Positions 18,309-30,317 of a DNA stretch of 64,000 nucleotides are shown here, in pieces. Source of the DNA: an uncultured Acidobacteriota bacterium (GTDB taxonomy: Bacteria > Acidobacteriota > Thermoanaerobaculia > Gp7-AA8); contig CAWGHO010000002.1 in assembly GCA_963822445.1 (NCBI GenBank), forward strand, positions 1,280,001-1,344,000, given 5' to 3'. The notes under the pieces were generated by a model. That model made no database searches. It worked only from the letters and a program-made list of their open reading frames with translations, and had not been told where the DNA came from. The number at the start of each line of letters is the position of its first letter. The first letter of the stretch is position 1. Made by a program: the position numbers and the translations under genes.

Positions 18309-20705
18309 ATGAGTGTTGTCCCGCCACAAGACCATCCGGACCGTGTCGGGTGGAAGCCAGACGGACCCGCGCCATTTACGCCCTACATCGCGGCCGACAC
18401 GACCCTTCGCGAGCTCACGCCGCGCGCGGTGATCGTCGGCACGATCCTGGGCATGATCTTCGGTGCGTCGTCTCTCTACCTCGTGCTGAAGGTCGGACTG
18501 ACGGTGAGCGCGTCGATCCCCGTCGCGGTCATCTCCATCACCCTCTTCCGGATTCTCTCGAAGATGGGCGCGCGCAACGCGACGATCCTCGAGAACAACA
18601 TCGTGCAGACCGCCGGGTCGGCCGGCGAGTCGATCGCGTTCGGCGTCGGCGTGACCATGCCGGCCATCCTCATCCTCGGCTTCGACCTCGAGATCACCCG
18701 GGTCATGCTCGTCGCCATCCTCGGCGGCCTGCTCGGCATCCTGATGATGATTCCGCTGCGGCGCGCGCTCATCGTCGCGCAGCACGGCATCCTCAAGTAT
18801 CCCGAAGGCACGGCCTGCGCCGAAGTGCTCAAGGCCGGCGCGAGCGATGAATCCCGCGCGGCCGCGTCCGAAGCAGGCCCGCCGCGAACAGGAAGCGCTG
18901 GGCGGCGCGGGCACGAGCGCGAAAACGATCTTCACCGGCTTCGGCATCGGGCTGGTCTACAAGACCGTCGATGGTCGCATTCCACGGATGGAAGGACGTG
19001 CCGGACGAAAGTCTTCGGCGCGCCGTTCCGAACGCCGCATCCGTTTCCGTCGAGATCTCGCCGGAGCTCCTCGGCGTCGGCTACATCATCGGACCGCGCA
19101 TCGCCGCGATCATGTGCGCCGGCGGCGTGCTCGCGTACCTCGTGCTCATTCCGATGATCAAGTTACTTCGGCGACGGCGCTGACCGAGCCGCTCGCTCCG
19201 GAGACGACGACGCTGATCAGGGACATGGGCCCGGGCGCGATCCGCAACGCATACATCCTCTACATCGGCGCAGGCGCCGTCGCCGCGGGCGGAATCATCA
19301 GCGTCTTCCGCTCGCTGCCGATGATCTGGCACGGCATCAAGGGCGGCCTCGCCGACTCTCGACACGGCGAACGCAGCGGAACGGTCGATTCCGCGGCCGT
19401 GCCGCGCACCGATCGCGATCTCTCGATGAAGGTCGTGCTCCTCGGCATCATCGCCCTCATCGTGGTCATCGCCTTCTGCGAACCCGCTGTACGTCGGCGG
19501 AACGGGCATCGCGGCGCGCATCGCCGCGGCGATCCTGATCATCATCTTCGGATTCCTGTTCGTGACCGTCTCCTCGCGGCTCACCGGCGAGATCGGCTCG
19601 TCGTCGAATCCGATCTCCGGCATGACCGTGGCGACGCTGCTGCTGACCTGTCTCTGCTTCGTGGTTCTCGGCTGGACCGGCAGCAACTACTACGTCACCG
19701 CGCTGTCGATCGGCGCGATCGTCTGCATCGCCTCCTCGAACGGCGGCACGACCTCGCAGGATCTGAAGACCGGGTTTCCTCGTCGGCGGCACGCCGAAGT
19801 ATCAGCAGATCGCGATTCTCATCGGCGCCCTGGCCTCGGCCCTCGATCCTCGGACCGATCCTCCTCAAGCTCAACGACGCCTACTCGGTGTACGTGCCCG
19901 TCGGCAGCGCACTCTCGCCGGAATCACCGCCGGCTCGGCGACGCCGAGCGAAGTCGCGCCGTCGAATCAGTACCACGGCCGCGAGGCGGTGAAAGGCGTG
20001 CTGGCGCAGGGCGGCCGCCGACACGAAGGAGTACAACGTCTGGTTCCGTCACGATCCGTCGGGCGGCAACGCCGAGAAGTACCTCGTCGACGACGCGGGC
20101 AAGCCGGTTTACTTCGTCGATCCCGGCATCAACGGCGCGATCCGCAAACTGCCCGAACGGCGCAGGACGTGCCGAAGTTCGACGCGCCGAAAGCCACGCT
20201 GATGTCGTACATCATCAAGGGCATCCTCGGCGGCGAGCTGCCGTGGGGCCTGGTGCTCCTCGGCGTGATGATCGCGGTCGTGCTCGAGCTGTCGGGCATT
20301 CCCTCGCTCGCATTCGCGGTCGGCGTCTACCTCCCGTTGTCGTCATCGTCGCCGATTCTCATCGGCGGCCTGATTCGCTGGGCGGTCGACAAGTGGATCG
20401 CCAAGAAGCACGCCGGCAAGAACCTGACCGAAGAGCAGCTCGTGGCCGAAGGCGACAAGAGCCCGGGCGTGCTGATGGCCTCCGGTTACATCGCCGGCGG
20501 CGCGATCGCCGGAATCATCATCGCCTTCCTCGCCGGCGTGCCGGGCATGGAAGGCTTCAACGCGGCGATCAACGCGTGGGGCGAGCGGAACCCGCTGCAT
20601 ACCGGTCCGATGTCGGATCTGTTGTCGCTGATCCCCTTCGCGATCCTGATCATCCTGCTCTACCTGACCGGCCGCGAGAAGTTGCTGGCGCACCGCGAAG
20701 TGTAG
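18309..20705 (+). CDS. OPT-family oligopeptide transporter (many apparent +1 insertions)
   Basis: [55 protein letters not shown] and [10 protein letters not shown] motifs spread across shifting frames. Confidence 0.88.
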
Positions 20706-20727
20706 GAACCCAGAATCGAGGGACAAT

Positions 20728-20756
20728 GGCCGGACCCAAAAGGTCCGGCCTTTTTT
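20728..20756 (+). terminator. Rho-independent terminator after the OPT gene
   Basis: GGCCGGACC-CAAAA-GGTCCGGCC-TTTTTT. Confidence 0.65.
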
Positions 20757-23354
20757 ATGTTCCTCACGTTCGTGGCCATCGTCATCGCCGTCATCGCGCT
20801 GATCGTCGCGCGATCGGCGAACCGCCGCGTCGATGAGCTGGAGCGCCGGCTCGCGCCGCGGGTTGACGTGCCCGTTCCACCGCCAGCACCGGTCGCCGAG
20901 CCCGAGATCCCGATCTATCAACCCGAACCCGAGATCCCGATCTACGCGCCGCCACCATCAACTCCACCCCCTCCGCCTCCCCCGCCTACCGCGCCTACCG
21001 TCCAGCAAGCGCCTACCGCCTACCCTCAAGCGACAGCGCCGCGCGCCTGGGCCTTCGATTGGGAGAGCTTCGTCGGAATCCGGCTCTTCTCCTGGATCGG
21101 CGGCATCGCCTTCGTGCTCGCGGCGGTCTTTCTCTTCAAGGAAGCGGTCGAGCATGGCTGGCTGCGACCGTCGTTCCGCGCGGCGATGGGGCTGATCGTG
21201 GGAATCGGGCTGCTGGTCGGATGCGAATTGAAGGTCGCGCGGAACTACGTCTTCACCGCGAACGCGATGGAGGGCGCGGGCATCGCCATCCTCTACGCGA
21301 CGCTCTTCGCGATGCATGCGCAATGGCAGCTCGTGCCGTCGGCGGTGGCCTTCGTGGGCATGCTGCTCGTGACCGCGGTTGCCGTCTTTCTCTCCACGCG
21401 CCGCGACTCCGTCTTCATCGCTCTTCTCGGATTGATCGGCGGCTTCGCGACGCCGGCGTTGCTCTCATCCGGTGAAAACCGGCCCATCGCGCTGTTCTCC
21501 TATCTGCTACTGCTCAACGGCGGGATCTCGTGGATCGCGTACCGCAAACGCTGGCCGCTGCTCACCGCGCTCAGCATCGCCCTGACCGTGTTCTATCAAT
21601 GGTCGTGGGTCGATCGGTTCCTGACCGCGGATCAGTTGCCGCTGGCTACCGTGATCTTTGCGTTGTTCGCGGCGGTGGGTGCGAGCGCTCTCTGGCCGCG
21701 CGGCGGGGACGACGACGTCCGTCCGCTGTTTCGTCGCATCGCCGCGGCCGCGGCGGTCGTGCCGCTGATCTTCGCGTTTTTCACAGCGGTCGTGCCGGAG
21801 TACGGCGCGCAGTACTGGCTGCTCTTCGGATTCCTGTTGCTGATGACCGCCGGCCTGACCGCGATCGCAATCCTGCGCGGCCCGGAGTGGCTGCACAACG
21901 TCGGCGCGGTGGCCACGCTGGTGACCTGGTTCATCTGGCTGACGGTCTCCTACACACACGCCTCGTGGCCCTGGTCGCTGGTCTGGCTGGCGGTGTTCGT
22001 CGCGCTCTATCTCGCAGCCGGTCTGCGGCTGCGCATGATCGCCACATACACGGCGGGACTGTTGTTCTTCGTCTTCATCGCTCTCGCCGATCAGGAGCCC
22101 GCGCGCTCGCTGACGACGATCGGGGCGATGCTGGCGCTGCTGGCGATCGTGATGGTCTTCGCGATCGTGAGGGCGATGCCGATGCTCGCCGCGATCGCCC
22201 TCGGTCTGTCCTCGATCGCGACGATGGTCATGAATCCCGGCCTGCGCATCGAGTTGGTCACACAACTCATCCTCGTAACCGCGTTGCTGGCCATCGCGTG
22301 GATCTCCGGCCGGCACTTCCTGGCAGTGCTGGCCGTGCCGTTTTACGGCGCAGCAATCCTCGCGGCATCGCTGCCGACCGGCGATTCGCAACTGATGTTC
22401 GCCGCCATTCTCTACGCGCCGTTCATCCTTTACCCGCTGTTCCTCGGACGGCGCGTGAAGCAGTCGATGGCGCCGCATTTCGCCGCGGCACTGGCCAGCG
22501 CGGTCTTCTTCATCGCCGCGTACGACTCGCTCGAGCGGATGCGCCTCGCCGACTGGCACGGCGTGATGGCGGTGGGCATCGGGCTGGTGATGGTCGTGCT
22601 TTTGTGGCGGCTCCTGCGCATCGACGAGAACACGTCGCGACTCGCGCTCGTCGCCGGAACCGCACTGGCCTTCTTCACCGCCGCGATCCCGTTGCAGTTC
22701 GAGAACGAGTGGTTGACCGTGGCCCTCGCCCTCGAAGCCGCGGCTCTGGCGTGGCTGTTCAGCAGAATCCCGCATCGCGGTCTGCTTCTGTGGAGCGGTG
22801 GATTGGCGATCGCCGTTCTGATCCGCCTCGTCTTCAATCCGGCCGTTTTCGAATATCACCCGAAAGCGGGGACGCCGGTCTTCAACTGGTACCTCTACAC
22901 GTATCTGATCTGCGCCGCGGCGATGTTCATCGCCGCCTGGATCGCACCGCGCGACGAGCCGAACCTGCGCCGTTTCTACGCTGCCGCGGGGACGATCGAG
23001 CTGTTCTTCCTGCTGAACATCGAGATCGCCGACTACTACTCGGTCGGCGACATGCTCACCTTCAACTTCATGGGCTCATCGCTCGCGCAGGACCTGACGT
23101 ACACCATGTCCTGGGCGCTGTTCGCCATGGCCATGCTCATCACCGGCATCGCTCTGCACTCCCGAGGTGCGCGAGTGGCCGCGCTGGGACTCCTGCTGAT
23201 CACGATCCTGAAGTGCTTCCTCCACGACCTGGCCCGCCTCGGCGGCCTCTATCGCGTGGCTTCGCTCTTCGGCCTCGCGGTGTCGCTCGTGGCCGTGGGG
23301 CTGATGCTGCAGAAGTTCGTGATGATGAAGCGGGAGTCGCAGCCTACAGCGTGA
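20757..23354 (+). CDS. DUF2339-like multi-pass membrane protein
   Basis: Pro-rich linker, [24 protein letters not shown] and C-terminal [17 protein letters not shown]; many TM segments. Confidence 0.85.
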   Translation: MFLTFVAIVIAVIALIVARSANRRVDELERRLAPRVDVPVPPPAPVAEPEIPIYQPEPEIPIYAPPPSTPPPPPPPPTAPTVQQAPTAYPQATAPRAWAFDWESFVGIRLFSWIGGIAFVLAAVFLFKEAVEHGWLRPSFRAAMGLIVGIGLLVGCELKVARNYVFTANAMEGAGIAILYATLFAMHAQWQLVPSAVAFVGMLLVTAVAVFLSTRRDSVFIALLGLIGGFATPALLSSGENRPIALFSYLLLLNGGISWIAYRKRWPLLTALSIALTVFYQWSWVDRFLTADQLPLATVIFALFAAVGASALWPRGGDDDVRPLFRRIAAAAAVVPLIFAFFTAVVPEYGAQYWLLFGFLLLMTAGLTAIAILRGPEWLHNVGAVATLVTWFIWLTVSYTHASWPWSLVWLAVFVALYLAAGLRLRMIATYTAGLLFFVFIALADQEPARSLTTIGAMLALLAIVMVFAIVRAMPMLAAIALGLSSIATMVMNPGLRIELVTQLILVTALLAIAWISGRHFLAVLAVPFYGAAILAASLPTGDSQLMFAAILYAPFILYPLFLGRRVKQSMAPHFAAALASAVFFIAAYDSLERMRLADWHGVMAVGIGLVMVVLLWRLLRIDENTSRLALVAGTALAFFTAAIPLQFENEWLTVALALEAAALAWLFSRIPHRGLLLWSGGLAIAVLIRLVFNPAVFEYHPKAGTPVFNWYLYTYLICAAAMFIAAWIAPRDEPNLRRFYAAAGTIELFFLLNIEIADYYSVGDMLTFNFMGSSLAQDLTYTMSWALFAMAMLITGIALHSRGARVAALGLLLITILKCFLHDLARLGGLYRVASLFGLAVSLVAVGLMLQKFVMMKRESQPTA

Positions 23355-23682
23355 AGCGCCGCTGTTCAGCGCGCGACCAGGTCGCGGCGATCCGCTTCGC
23401 CGTCCACCGCGGCAGGATCACCCGCGCCCACCAGAAGTGCAGGGCGATCGCGGCGTTCGTCGCCTCGAGAAGCGTCAGCGACTGATCGCGGTCGAGAAAC
23501 GGCATCCGCATGTCCGGCCAGCGGAGGAAGAGGTAGTCGACGGCGATGATCAACGCGATCTGCGCGACGTCCCGCGCGATCGTCCGGCGCCGGGCTTTGC
23601 GAATCGCGGCCTTGGCGTCGCAGGTCACGGCAGGCGGACAGGCAGCGGTTTTGACTCCCGGGAGCAGCTCGTCTTTTGGCAT
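23344..23682 (-). CDS. Small hypothetical membrane protein
   Basis: ORF with two hydrophobic segments and host-like codon use; start chosen downstream of the REP element. Confidence 0.55.
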   Translation of the reverse strand: MPKDELLPGVKTAACPPAVTCDAKAAIRKARRRTIARDVAQIALIIAVDYLFLRWPDMRMPFLDRDQSLTLLEATNAAIALHFWWARVILPRWTAKRIAATWSRAEQRRFTL

Positions 23683-23726
23683 CGTGGGATGTTTAAAAAG
23701 GAGGTGTGAATAACTATTCCGCACCG

Positions 23727-23825
23727 TGCCATCCCGAGCACCAGTCGAGGGATCTGGCGGGCTCGTGTGCACGATCGGGGCGACCCCCGCTCCGGCCGGG
23801 TCCCTCGACTCCGCTCGGGATGACA
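23727..23825. repeat. REP-like element, family B (TG[T/C]CATCCCGAGC...GCTCGGGATGACA)
   Basis: Long imperfect inverted repeat; same arms as 53007-53071. Confidence 0.8.
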
Positions 23826-25100
23826 TCAACGGTTCCTCAATCGAATCGTCTGCGCGATCAGATTCCCGCGCGTATCCGTAAATGCTTTGATGACAACGGT
23901 ATCGCCGACTTTCAACCCTTCGGCATTCGTGTAAGTGGCGCCTTTCGTCCGCACCGCAAAATCTTCGGACACCCAGACCCGGACCGTGCGATTCAGGTCC
24001 TTGTCCAGCACCGCGATGGTCGCCGCGTCCTCCAGGGTCTCCCGGACCGTACCCGTGAACGTCACCGTGCTGAACCGGACGAACTCGTCGTCCTCGACAG
24101 CCGGCGAGGTGGTCCGCGGCGCGATGCTTCTGTCCCCGGTCGTGAAACGGACCGTCGAGGCCTGGAACATGTCGCCGGCGCGGTTGTAACTGCCGCTGAT
24201 GTCGACCATGTCTCCGGGGCGCATGTCTCGGGCGTGAATCCGCTCGCCGCGCGCGTCCTCGGCATTGCCCATGTCGACGCGGATCTCGCCGCGGGCACCT
24301 TCGACGTACGCGTAGTCGAGCGCGGTGTCGACGCGCAGCACGCGACCGGCGATCGCGGTGATCGTTCCGCCCTCACCGCCGCGGACTTCCTGCACCGACT
24401 GCAGCACTTCGATGCGCCGCGCGGTGATCTCATCGGCCTGCGCGGTGCGCGGGTCGGCTTCGACGCGGATGCGGTCGCCGATCTCGAGATTGGTGATGCT
24501 GAACTGCTCGCCGCGGAACATCACCGGGGTGTTGCGGTAGGTGTTCACGGTGATCATCCGCCGCTGCGCGGTCTGAATCATGATCCGGTTCTCGTCGACG
24601 TTGATCTGCCGCACCGTACCTTCCGCACTCCCCGCAGTCGGTGCGGCGGTCCCCGTCGTGCGGTCATCGGTTGGCGTCGCTGCGCTGTTCGGGGACCGGG
24701 TCTGGCCGACGCCGACCTGTCCGGCCGGAATCGAGCGGCCGAGGAGCGTGATCGTTTCCGCGCGGATGACGTTGTCGCCGCGCGGCGTGCCGCGGATGGA
24801 GATGCGGTCGCCGAGGCGGATGTTGGAGAAGCCTTTGGAGCCGGTGAAGATCTCCGGCTTGCCGGCGATCATCGTCCCAAATCCGAGGTATTGCGTGGAG
24901 ACCGCGTCGGTCTCGATGGAGCTGCGGGCGTAGCGGTCGTCATCGGGCTCGATCGCGAGCCGCCCGCGGCCGTTCTCGATGTCGATGACCGTGCCGGTCA
25001 GCGCGCCTGTCCCCGACTGGGAACCCGATTGCGCGAAAGTGGACACCGCCGCCAGGAGAAAAATCGCGTAAACCATTGAAAAACGGGTGGTTCGTCTCAT
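23826..25100 (-). CDS. Secreted protein with four DUF5666/OB-fold-like repeats
   Basis: Signal peptide; four G-x-V...(L/I/M)xxGDx(V/I)x(I/V) units. Confidence 0.75.
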   Translation of the reverse strand: MRRTTRFSMVYAIFLLAAVSTFAQSGSQSGTGALTGTVIDIENGRGRLAIEPDDDRYARSSIETDAVSTQYLGFGTMIAGKPEIFTGSKGFSNIRLGDRISIRGTPRGDNVIRAETITLLGRSIPAGQVGVGQTRSPNSAATPTDDRTTGTAAPTAGSAEGTVRQINVDENRIMIQTAQRRMITVNTYRNTPVMFRGEQFSITNLEIGDRIRVEADPRTAQADEITARRIEVLQSVQEVRGGEGGTITAIAGRVLRVDTALDYAYVEGARGEIRVDMGNAEDARGERIHARDMRPGDMVDISGSYNRAGDMFQASTVRFTTGDRSIAPRTTSPAVEDDEFVRFSTVTFTGTVRETLEDAATIAVLDKDLNRTVRVWVSEDFAVRTKGATYTNAEGLKVGDTVVIKAFTDTRGNLIAQTIRLRNR

Positions 25101-25154
25101 GAAGCCTCCAGGTTGAAAGGAGATGAGCGCAAGCCTTGGGCCTATCTCACGTCC

Positions 25155-26441
25155 CTATCTGCGTTCTGAGACGATCGAGCCGGCAATAACGCTTCGCAGG
25201 ATGGCGCGGTCATCGCCCATGAAGATCAGCCCGGCCAGGAGATCCTCGAGCGACGAAGCCCGTTGCGTCCGCATGGACAGGAGCGGCGTGGCGTTGAGAT
25301 CGATGATCAGGAAGTCGGCCGATTTGCCCGGCTCCAGGCTGCCGGTCTCGACCGCAAGGGACAGCGTTTTCGCGCCGCCGAGCGTGGCCAGGTACCAGAG
25401 GTGGAACGGGCTCAGTGACACGCCCTGAACCTGCTGGACTTTGTACGCGTCAGCCATGGCGTTGAAGAGCGACGGGGTCGTCCCCGCACCGATGTCGCTC
25501 CCCAGCCCCACGATCACCTCGGCCTCGAGCACACGATGCAAGGGAAAGAGTCCGCTGCCGAGGAAGAGGTTCGAGTTGGGGCAATGGGAAATGCGTGCGC
25601 CGCGGCGCGACAGGAGGTCGAGCTCCTCCGGCGTCAGCCAGACGCCATGCGCGAGCACGGTCTTGTCGTCGAGCAGGCCATAGCGGTCGTAAACATCCGC
25701 GTATTCGGCCTCCGGGAAGAGCTCCTGGACCCAGCGCACTTCGGCCTTGTTCTCGGAGATGTGCGAGTGCACCCAGGCGCCGGGAAACTCTCGTTTCAAC
25801 GATCCGGCCGCGTCGAGGAGCTCCGGCGTCGACGTCGGTGCGAAGCGCGGCGAGATCGAGTACCGAAGCAAACCGCGGCCGTGCCATTTGCGCAGCAACG
25901 CGCGGCTGTCGTCGTACGACTTCTGCACCGAGGTGTCGAGCAGATACTCCGGCGCGTGACGATCCATCATCGTCTTGCCGATGATTCCGCGGAACCCGCG
26001 GCGCTCCGCTTCCTCGAAAAAGATGTCGGTCGCTTCGAAGTGGATCGTGGAGAAGATCAGCGCCGTCAGCGTGCCGTTGCGAAGCAGTTCGTCGTAGAAC
26101 GCTTTCGCGACTTTCCGCGCGTGAACCGGATCTTCGAACTGCTTCTCGGTGGGGAAGGTGTAGCGATTGAGCCACTCCAGCAGATGACCGCCGTACGAAC
26201 CGATCATCTCGATCTGCGGCGCGTGCAGGTGGGTGTCGATGAAGCCGGGCGTGATCAGCGCCGTGGAACCTAGCTCGAAGATCTCGCCGTCGGGATGTTC
26301 GGACCACTCGCCGATCGATCGAATGCGGCCCATGTCGTCGACGGCGAGATAGCCGTCTTCGAAATAGCGGTAGGACGAGGTGATCTCGTTCGAGAACGGA
26401 TCGGACAGCGGGGTGAAGATCCGGGCGCGGTAGATCTGCAC
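25155..26441 (-). CDS. guaD: Guanine deaminase
   Basis: PGFIDTHLHAPQ, LLEWLNRYTFPTE, PRFAPTST, HISEN, HCPNSNLFLGSG and GSDIGAG motifs. Confidence 0.93.
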   Translation of the reverse strand: MQIYRARIFTPLSDPFSNEITSSYRYFEDGYLAVDDMGRIRSIGEWSEHPDGEIFELGSTALITPGFIDTHLHAPQIEMIGSYGGHLLEWLNRYTFPTEKQFEDPVHARKVAKAFYDELLRNGTLTALIFSTIHFEATDIFFEEAERRGFRGIIGKTMMDRHAPEYLLDTSVQKSYDDSRALLRKWHGRGLLRYSISPRFAPTSTPELLDAAGSLKREFPGAWVHSHISENKAEVRWVQELFPEAEYADVYDRYGLLDDKTVLAHGVWLTPEELDLLSRRGARISHCPNSNLFLGSGLFPLHRVLEAEVIVGLGSDIGAGTTPSLFNAMADAYKVQQVQGVSLSPFHLWYLATLGGAKTLSLAVETGSLEPGKSADFLIIDLNATPLLSMRTQRASSLEDLLAGLIFMGDDRAILRSVIAGSIVSERR

Positions 26442-26467
26442 TGGGTCGATTGTACGTGCCGCGCGGC

Positions 26468-27403
26468 CTATAAGCCGGGGATCTCTTCTTCCGGCTTGCT
26501 GGAGTGCGTGAGCTTCTCCAGGACCATGGCCTTCGTCGTGACGACCACTACGTCATCGGGATTGCCGAGCTGCTCGAGGGCGTCGCTGAGGGTCATGGAA
26601 GACTTCGTGACCGACTCCATGAACGTCGGCTCGGCGGGCGGCTCCGGCGGAAGCATCGACATCTGCTCGACCGGCGGTCGGCGCCGCGCGAGGCGCTCTT
26701 CGGCCTCGCGGAAATTTGGCTCGAACTGCAAGAGCGTCGGCTCGAGCTTGTTGTAAAGCTCGCAGGTCGCGCGCACGTCCTCGAGGCAGTAAATGGCGAT
26801 ATCCTCGTGACGGCCCGCGCGGTACATCGTCTCCACCGAACGGCCGTCCATGCCTTCCGTCTTCGAGCTGACCACGCCGAACGACTTGCAGGCCAGGTCG
26901 AGATTGAAGCGCATCTGCCGCGGATTGATCGTGCCGTTGAAATTCAGCACTTCGCGGATGTCGCAGTTGGGATGGAAGCGATAGCGGTTTCCAATGAGAT
27001 CGCGCGTCGGCGGCACGCCGTTGATCGCGGACCGGATCATCAGAAAGGGTCCGTCGAACTGGCGGCCATTGAAGGAAATGAAGCGGTCCTCGCGATCGAG
27101 GTAATCCCAGAATTTCTCGAGGATCTGTTTCTCGCTGCCGGAGATCAGCGTGCGGTTGCCGTCCTTCCGCGTGATCACCTCGTTCTGCCCCGGAACCTCG
27201 TACATCGCACAGGAGCGGCCGGTTTCCGCATTGACGACGCCGATGGCCACGATTTTTCCGGTGAAGGGGGACAGAGCGCCGCGGCGCTTCTCTTCCTCCG
27301 CTTCGGCCTCATTCATTCCTTTGATGAGGTATTCGCGGACATAAGGGTCGTGCTCTTCCCACGGAGTCCCGACGGTCTCGATATCGATGACGAGTTTTTT
27401 CAT
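26468..27403 (-). CDS. PolB-related 3'-5' exonuclease (DEDDy, RNase H-like)
   Basis: ExoI DIET, ExoII SFNGRQFD and ExoIII YCLEDV. Confidence 0.85.
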   Translation of the reverse strand: MKKLVIDIETVGTPWEEHDPYVREYLIKGMNEAEAEEEKRRGALSPFTGKIVAIGVVNAETGRSCAMYEVPGQNEVITRKDGNRTLISGSEKQILEKFWDYLDREDRFISFNGRQFDGPFLMIRSAINGVPPTRDLIGNRYRFHPNCDIREVLNFNGTINPRQMRFNLDLACKSFGVVSSKTEGMDGRSVETMYRAGRHEDIAIYCLEDVRATCELYNKLEPTLLQFEPNFREAEERLARRRPPVEQMSMLPPEPPAEPTFMESVTKSSMTLSDALEQLGNPDDVVVVTTKAMVLEKLTHSSKPEEEIPGL

Positions 27404-27419
27404 TGGGGAGGGGGCTATT

Positions 27420-28349
27420 TTACGCCGGGGTCTTCAACTTCTCGAACAACTCCAGCACCGCGTTTGCCGAGTTCTGCAGTGCGGCCGCTTCTTCCTGGGT
27501 GAGTGTGATCTCGATGATCTGCTCGATGCCGTTGCGTCCAAGCTTCACCGGAACGCCCACATACAGATCATTGAAGCCGTACTCCCCCTGTAAGAACGCC
27601 GCGCAGGGGAGAATCTTCCGCTTGTCCTTGAGAATCGCTTCGACCATCTCCACTGAAGACGCACCGGGCGCGTACCAGGCGGAGGTCTTGAGGAGGTTGA
27701 CGATCTCCGCGCCGCCGTTGCGGGTTCGATCGACGATCGCGTCAATGCGCTCTTTCGAAATGAGCTCGGTGATGGGGATTCCGGCGACCGTCGAGTAACG
27801 TGGAAGTGGAACCATGGTGTCGCCGTGGCCGCCGAGGACGAAGGCGTGGGTGTTCTCGACGGAGACGTTCAGCTCCATGGCGATGAACGCGCGCATGCGG
27901 GCCGAGTCGAGCACGCCGGCCATGCCGATCACGCGCTCGCGGGGGAACTTCGAAACGCGGCGCGCGACTTCGCACATGGCGTCGAGCGGATTGGAGACGA
28001 CGATGAGGATCGCGTTCGGCGAGCGCTTCGCGACCTCGCTGGTCACGCCGGCGACGATCTCTTCGTTCTTCCAGAGAAGATCGTCGCGGCTCATGCCCGG
28101 CTTCCGCGGCAGGCCCGCGGTAATGACCACGACGTCCGAGTCCTCGGTGCCGTCGTAGTTGTTCGTGCCGCGCAGGATGGAGTCGTATTTCTCGACAGGC
28201 GCGGTCTCCATCATGTCGAGCGATTTGCCCTGCGGCACGCCCTCCACGATGTCGACCAGGACGACGTCGGCAAGTTCTTTGAGTGCGATGCCCTGAGCTA
28301 CAGTCGCGCCGACATTTCCGGCGCCAACGACGGTGACTTTCGTTTTCAT
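27420..28349 (-). CDS. mdh: Malate dehydrogenase (LDH-like type)
   Basis: [28 protein letters not shown] and LGGHGD motifs. Confidence 0.95.
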   Translation of the reverse strand: MKTKVTVVGAGNVGATVAQGIALKELADVVLVDIVEGVPQGKSLDMMETAPVEKYDSILRGTNNYDGTEDSDVVVITAGLPRKPGMSRDDLLWKNEEIVAGVTSEVAKRSPNAILIVVSNPLDAMCEVARRVSKFPRERVIGMAGVLDSARMRAFIAMELNVSVENTHAFVLGGHGDTMVPLPRYSTVAGIPITELISKERIDAIVDRTRNGGAEIVNLLKTSAWYAPGASSVEMVEAILKDKRKILPCAAFLQGEYGFNDLYVGVPVKLGRNGIEQIIEITLTQEEAAALQNSANAVLELFEKLKTPA

Positions 28350-28367
28350 GGCGGCGGATTCTATCTG

Positions 28368-29993
28368 ATGCTCAGCAAGTTCACCGTGACGGCCAACGCC
28401 ATCGCAAGTACCACGAAAAAGAGCGAAAAAGAGCGGATTCTGGCCGACTTCCTGCGCTCGCTCGACGACGCTTCGCTGGAGCGGGCGGTGGTGTTTTTCT
28501 CGGGCTCGCCGTTCCCGCGGCGCGAGGAGCGGGTGACCGGCGTCGGCGGCGCGACGATCGGCGACGCGGTGGTCGAAGCGACAGGCCGCACTCACGAGGA
28601 AGTGTGGGAAGCGTGGCCGAAGTACGCCGACCCGGGCGACACCATCGCCGAGTCGTTTCCCATCGATCCGTCGCGGGACATCACGCTGTCCGAAGTCGCT
28701 GAGTATTTCGAGCGGCTGGCGGCGACTCAAGGAGCAACAGCCAAGAAGGACCTGCTCGCGGAGCTCCTTCGCAAAGTCGATTCGCAGGGCGCGCGGTACG
28801 TCGTAAAGATCCTCACGCGCGAGCTGCGCATCGGACTGGTCGAAGGTCTGGTGGAGTCGTCGATCGCCAAGGCCTTTGGACGAAAACTGGCCGCGGTGCG
28901 GCAGGCGAACATGTTCACCGGCGACATCGGTGCGACCGCTCTCCTGGCGAAGAGCGACGCGCTGGAGTCGGTGAAGATGGCGCTCTTCACGCCGTTCGCG
29001 TTCATGCTCGCGCAGCCGGAAGAGGATCCGGCGGAGATCGTCGCCGCCCTCGGCGCCGACGCGCTGGCCGACGACAAGTACGACGGCATCCGCGCGCAGA
29101 TTCACACCGACGGCAACGAGGTCCGCATCTACTCGCGGACGCTCGACAACGTCACTCATCGCTTTCCCGAGCTGGAGACGGCGGCCAAGGCGATCGGCCG
29201 CAGCGCGATTCTCGACGGCGAGATCGTGGCGTTCAGCGATCGCATCCTTCCATTCGCGATCATCCAGAAACGGCTCGGGCGGCGGCAGGTCGGGGAGAAG
29301 CTGCTCAAGGACGCGCCGGTCGTCTACTTTGCGTTCGACCTGCTGTATCTCGATGGGGAGCCGTTGTTCGAGGTGCCGTTGCGCGATCGACTGGAGAAGC
29401 TGCGCGATTTAGTCGGCGGCGGTGCAATTCGCCCTTCCGATCAATCACCCATCAGAGACGCCCAACACGTCGACGAGCTTTTCGACGCCGCCCGCGCACG
29501 CGCCAACGAGGGCCTGGTCGTCAAAGACCCCAATTCGATCTACACGCCGGGGCGCCGGGGCAAATCCTGGCTGAAGTACAAAAAAGCGCTGGCCACGCTC
29601 GATTGCGTGGTCACGTACGCGCAGTGGGGCAACGGCAAGCGCCGCGCGGTGCTGTCCGATCTCACCTTTGGCGTCCTCCGGGACAGCGAGATCGTGAACA
29701 TCGGCAAGGCCTACTCCGGCCTGACCGACGTCGAGATCGCCGAGATGACGGAGCATTTCAAGAAGACGACGATCGAGGTGCACGGGCCGGTGCACCAGGT
29801 CCAGCCGACAGTCGTCCTGGAGATCGCCTTCGACCGGATCCAGGAGTCGAAACGCCACAAAGCGGGCTACGCGCTGCGGTTTCCGCGGATCGTCCGCATC
29901 CGCGACGACAAGTCCGTGGACCAGATCTCAACAATTGACGAAGTTCGCCGTATCTACGAGGGCCAGTTGATTCGCGAAGGCCAGAAGGACTGA
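28368..29993 (+). CDS. ATP-dependent DNA ligase with N-terminal DNA-binding domain
   Basis: KYDGIR, LDGEIV, FDLLY, EGLVVK, WLKYK and LRFPR motifs. Confidence 0.93.
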   Translation: MLSKFTVTANAIASTTKKSEKERILADFLRSLDDASLERAVVFFSGSPFPRREERVTGVGGATIGDAVVEATGRTHEEVWEAWPKYADPGDTIAESFPIDPSRDITLSEVAEYFERLAATQGATAKKDLLAELLRKVDSQGARYVVKILTRELRIGLVEGLVESSIAKAFGRKLAAVRQANMFTGDIGATALLAKSDALESVKMALFTPFAFMLAQPEEDPAEIVAALGADALADDKYDGIRAQIHTDGNEVRIYSRTLDNVTHRFPELETAAKAIGRSAILDGEIVAFSDRILPFAIIQKRLGRRQVGEKLLKDAPVVYFAFDLLYLDGEPLFEVPLRDRLEKLRDLVGGGAIRPSDQSPIRDAQHVDELFDAARARANEGLVVKDPNSIYTPGRRGKSWLKYKKALATLDCVVTYAQWGNGKRRAVLSDLTFGVLRDSEIVNIGKAYSGLTDVEIAEMTEHFKKTTIEVHGPVHQVQPTVVLEIAFDRIQESKRHKAGYALRFPRIVRIRDDKSVDQISTIDEVRRIYEGQLIREGQKD

Positions 29994-30001
29994 AAACGAC
30001 C

Positions 30002-30186
30002 ATGCCCCTGTATCGCTCTCGTCGCTATCGAATGCTCGCCGGAGTCTGCGGCGGACTCGCCGAATGGCTCGGCTGGAGCCCGACCTGGGTCCGCATTCTG
30101 TTCGTGCTGATCTCGATCCTCTCGGTCGCGTTCCCGGGGATCATCGTTTACATCATTCTGTGGGTGGTGATGCCGAACGCGCCGAG

Positions 30187-30193
<7 letters not shown>
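30002..30193 (+). CDS. PspC-domain protein
   Basis: LYRS...MLAGVCGGLAEWLG...YIILWVVMP. Confidence 0.9.
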
Positions 30194-30295
<102 letters not shown>

Positions 30296-30317
30296 ATTTC
30301 GTTATGCTGCGCGGCTC

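Noticed and set aside
18309-20705. OPT transporter as a decaying pseudogene
   Set aside because: I count at least nine shifts by eye, all single-base insertions, with motifs and codon bias intact. A low-coverage stretch is more likely, though decay cannot be fully excluded.
26468-29993. Exonuclease plus ATP-dependent ligase as an NHEJ or defence module
   Set aside because: The genes are on opposite strands and separated by mdh, with no Ku, primase-polymerase or helicase partner nearby.
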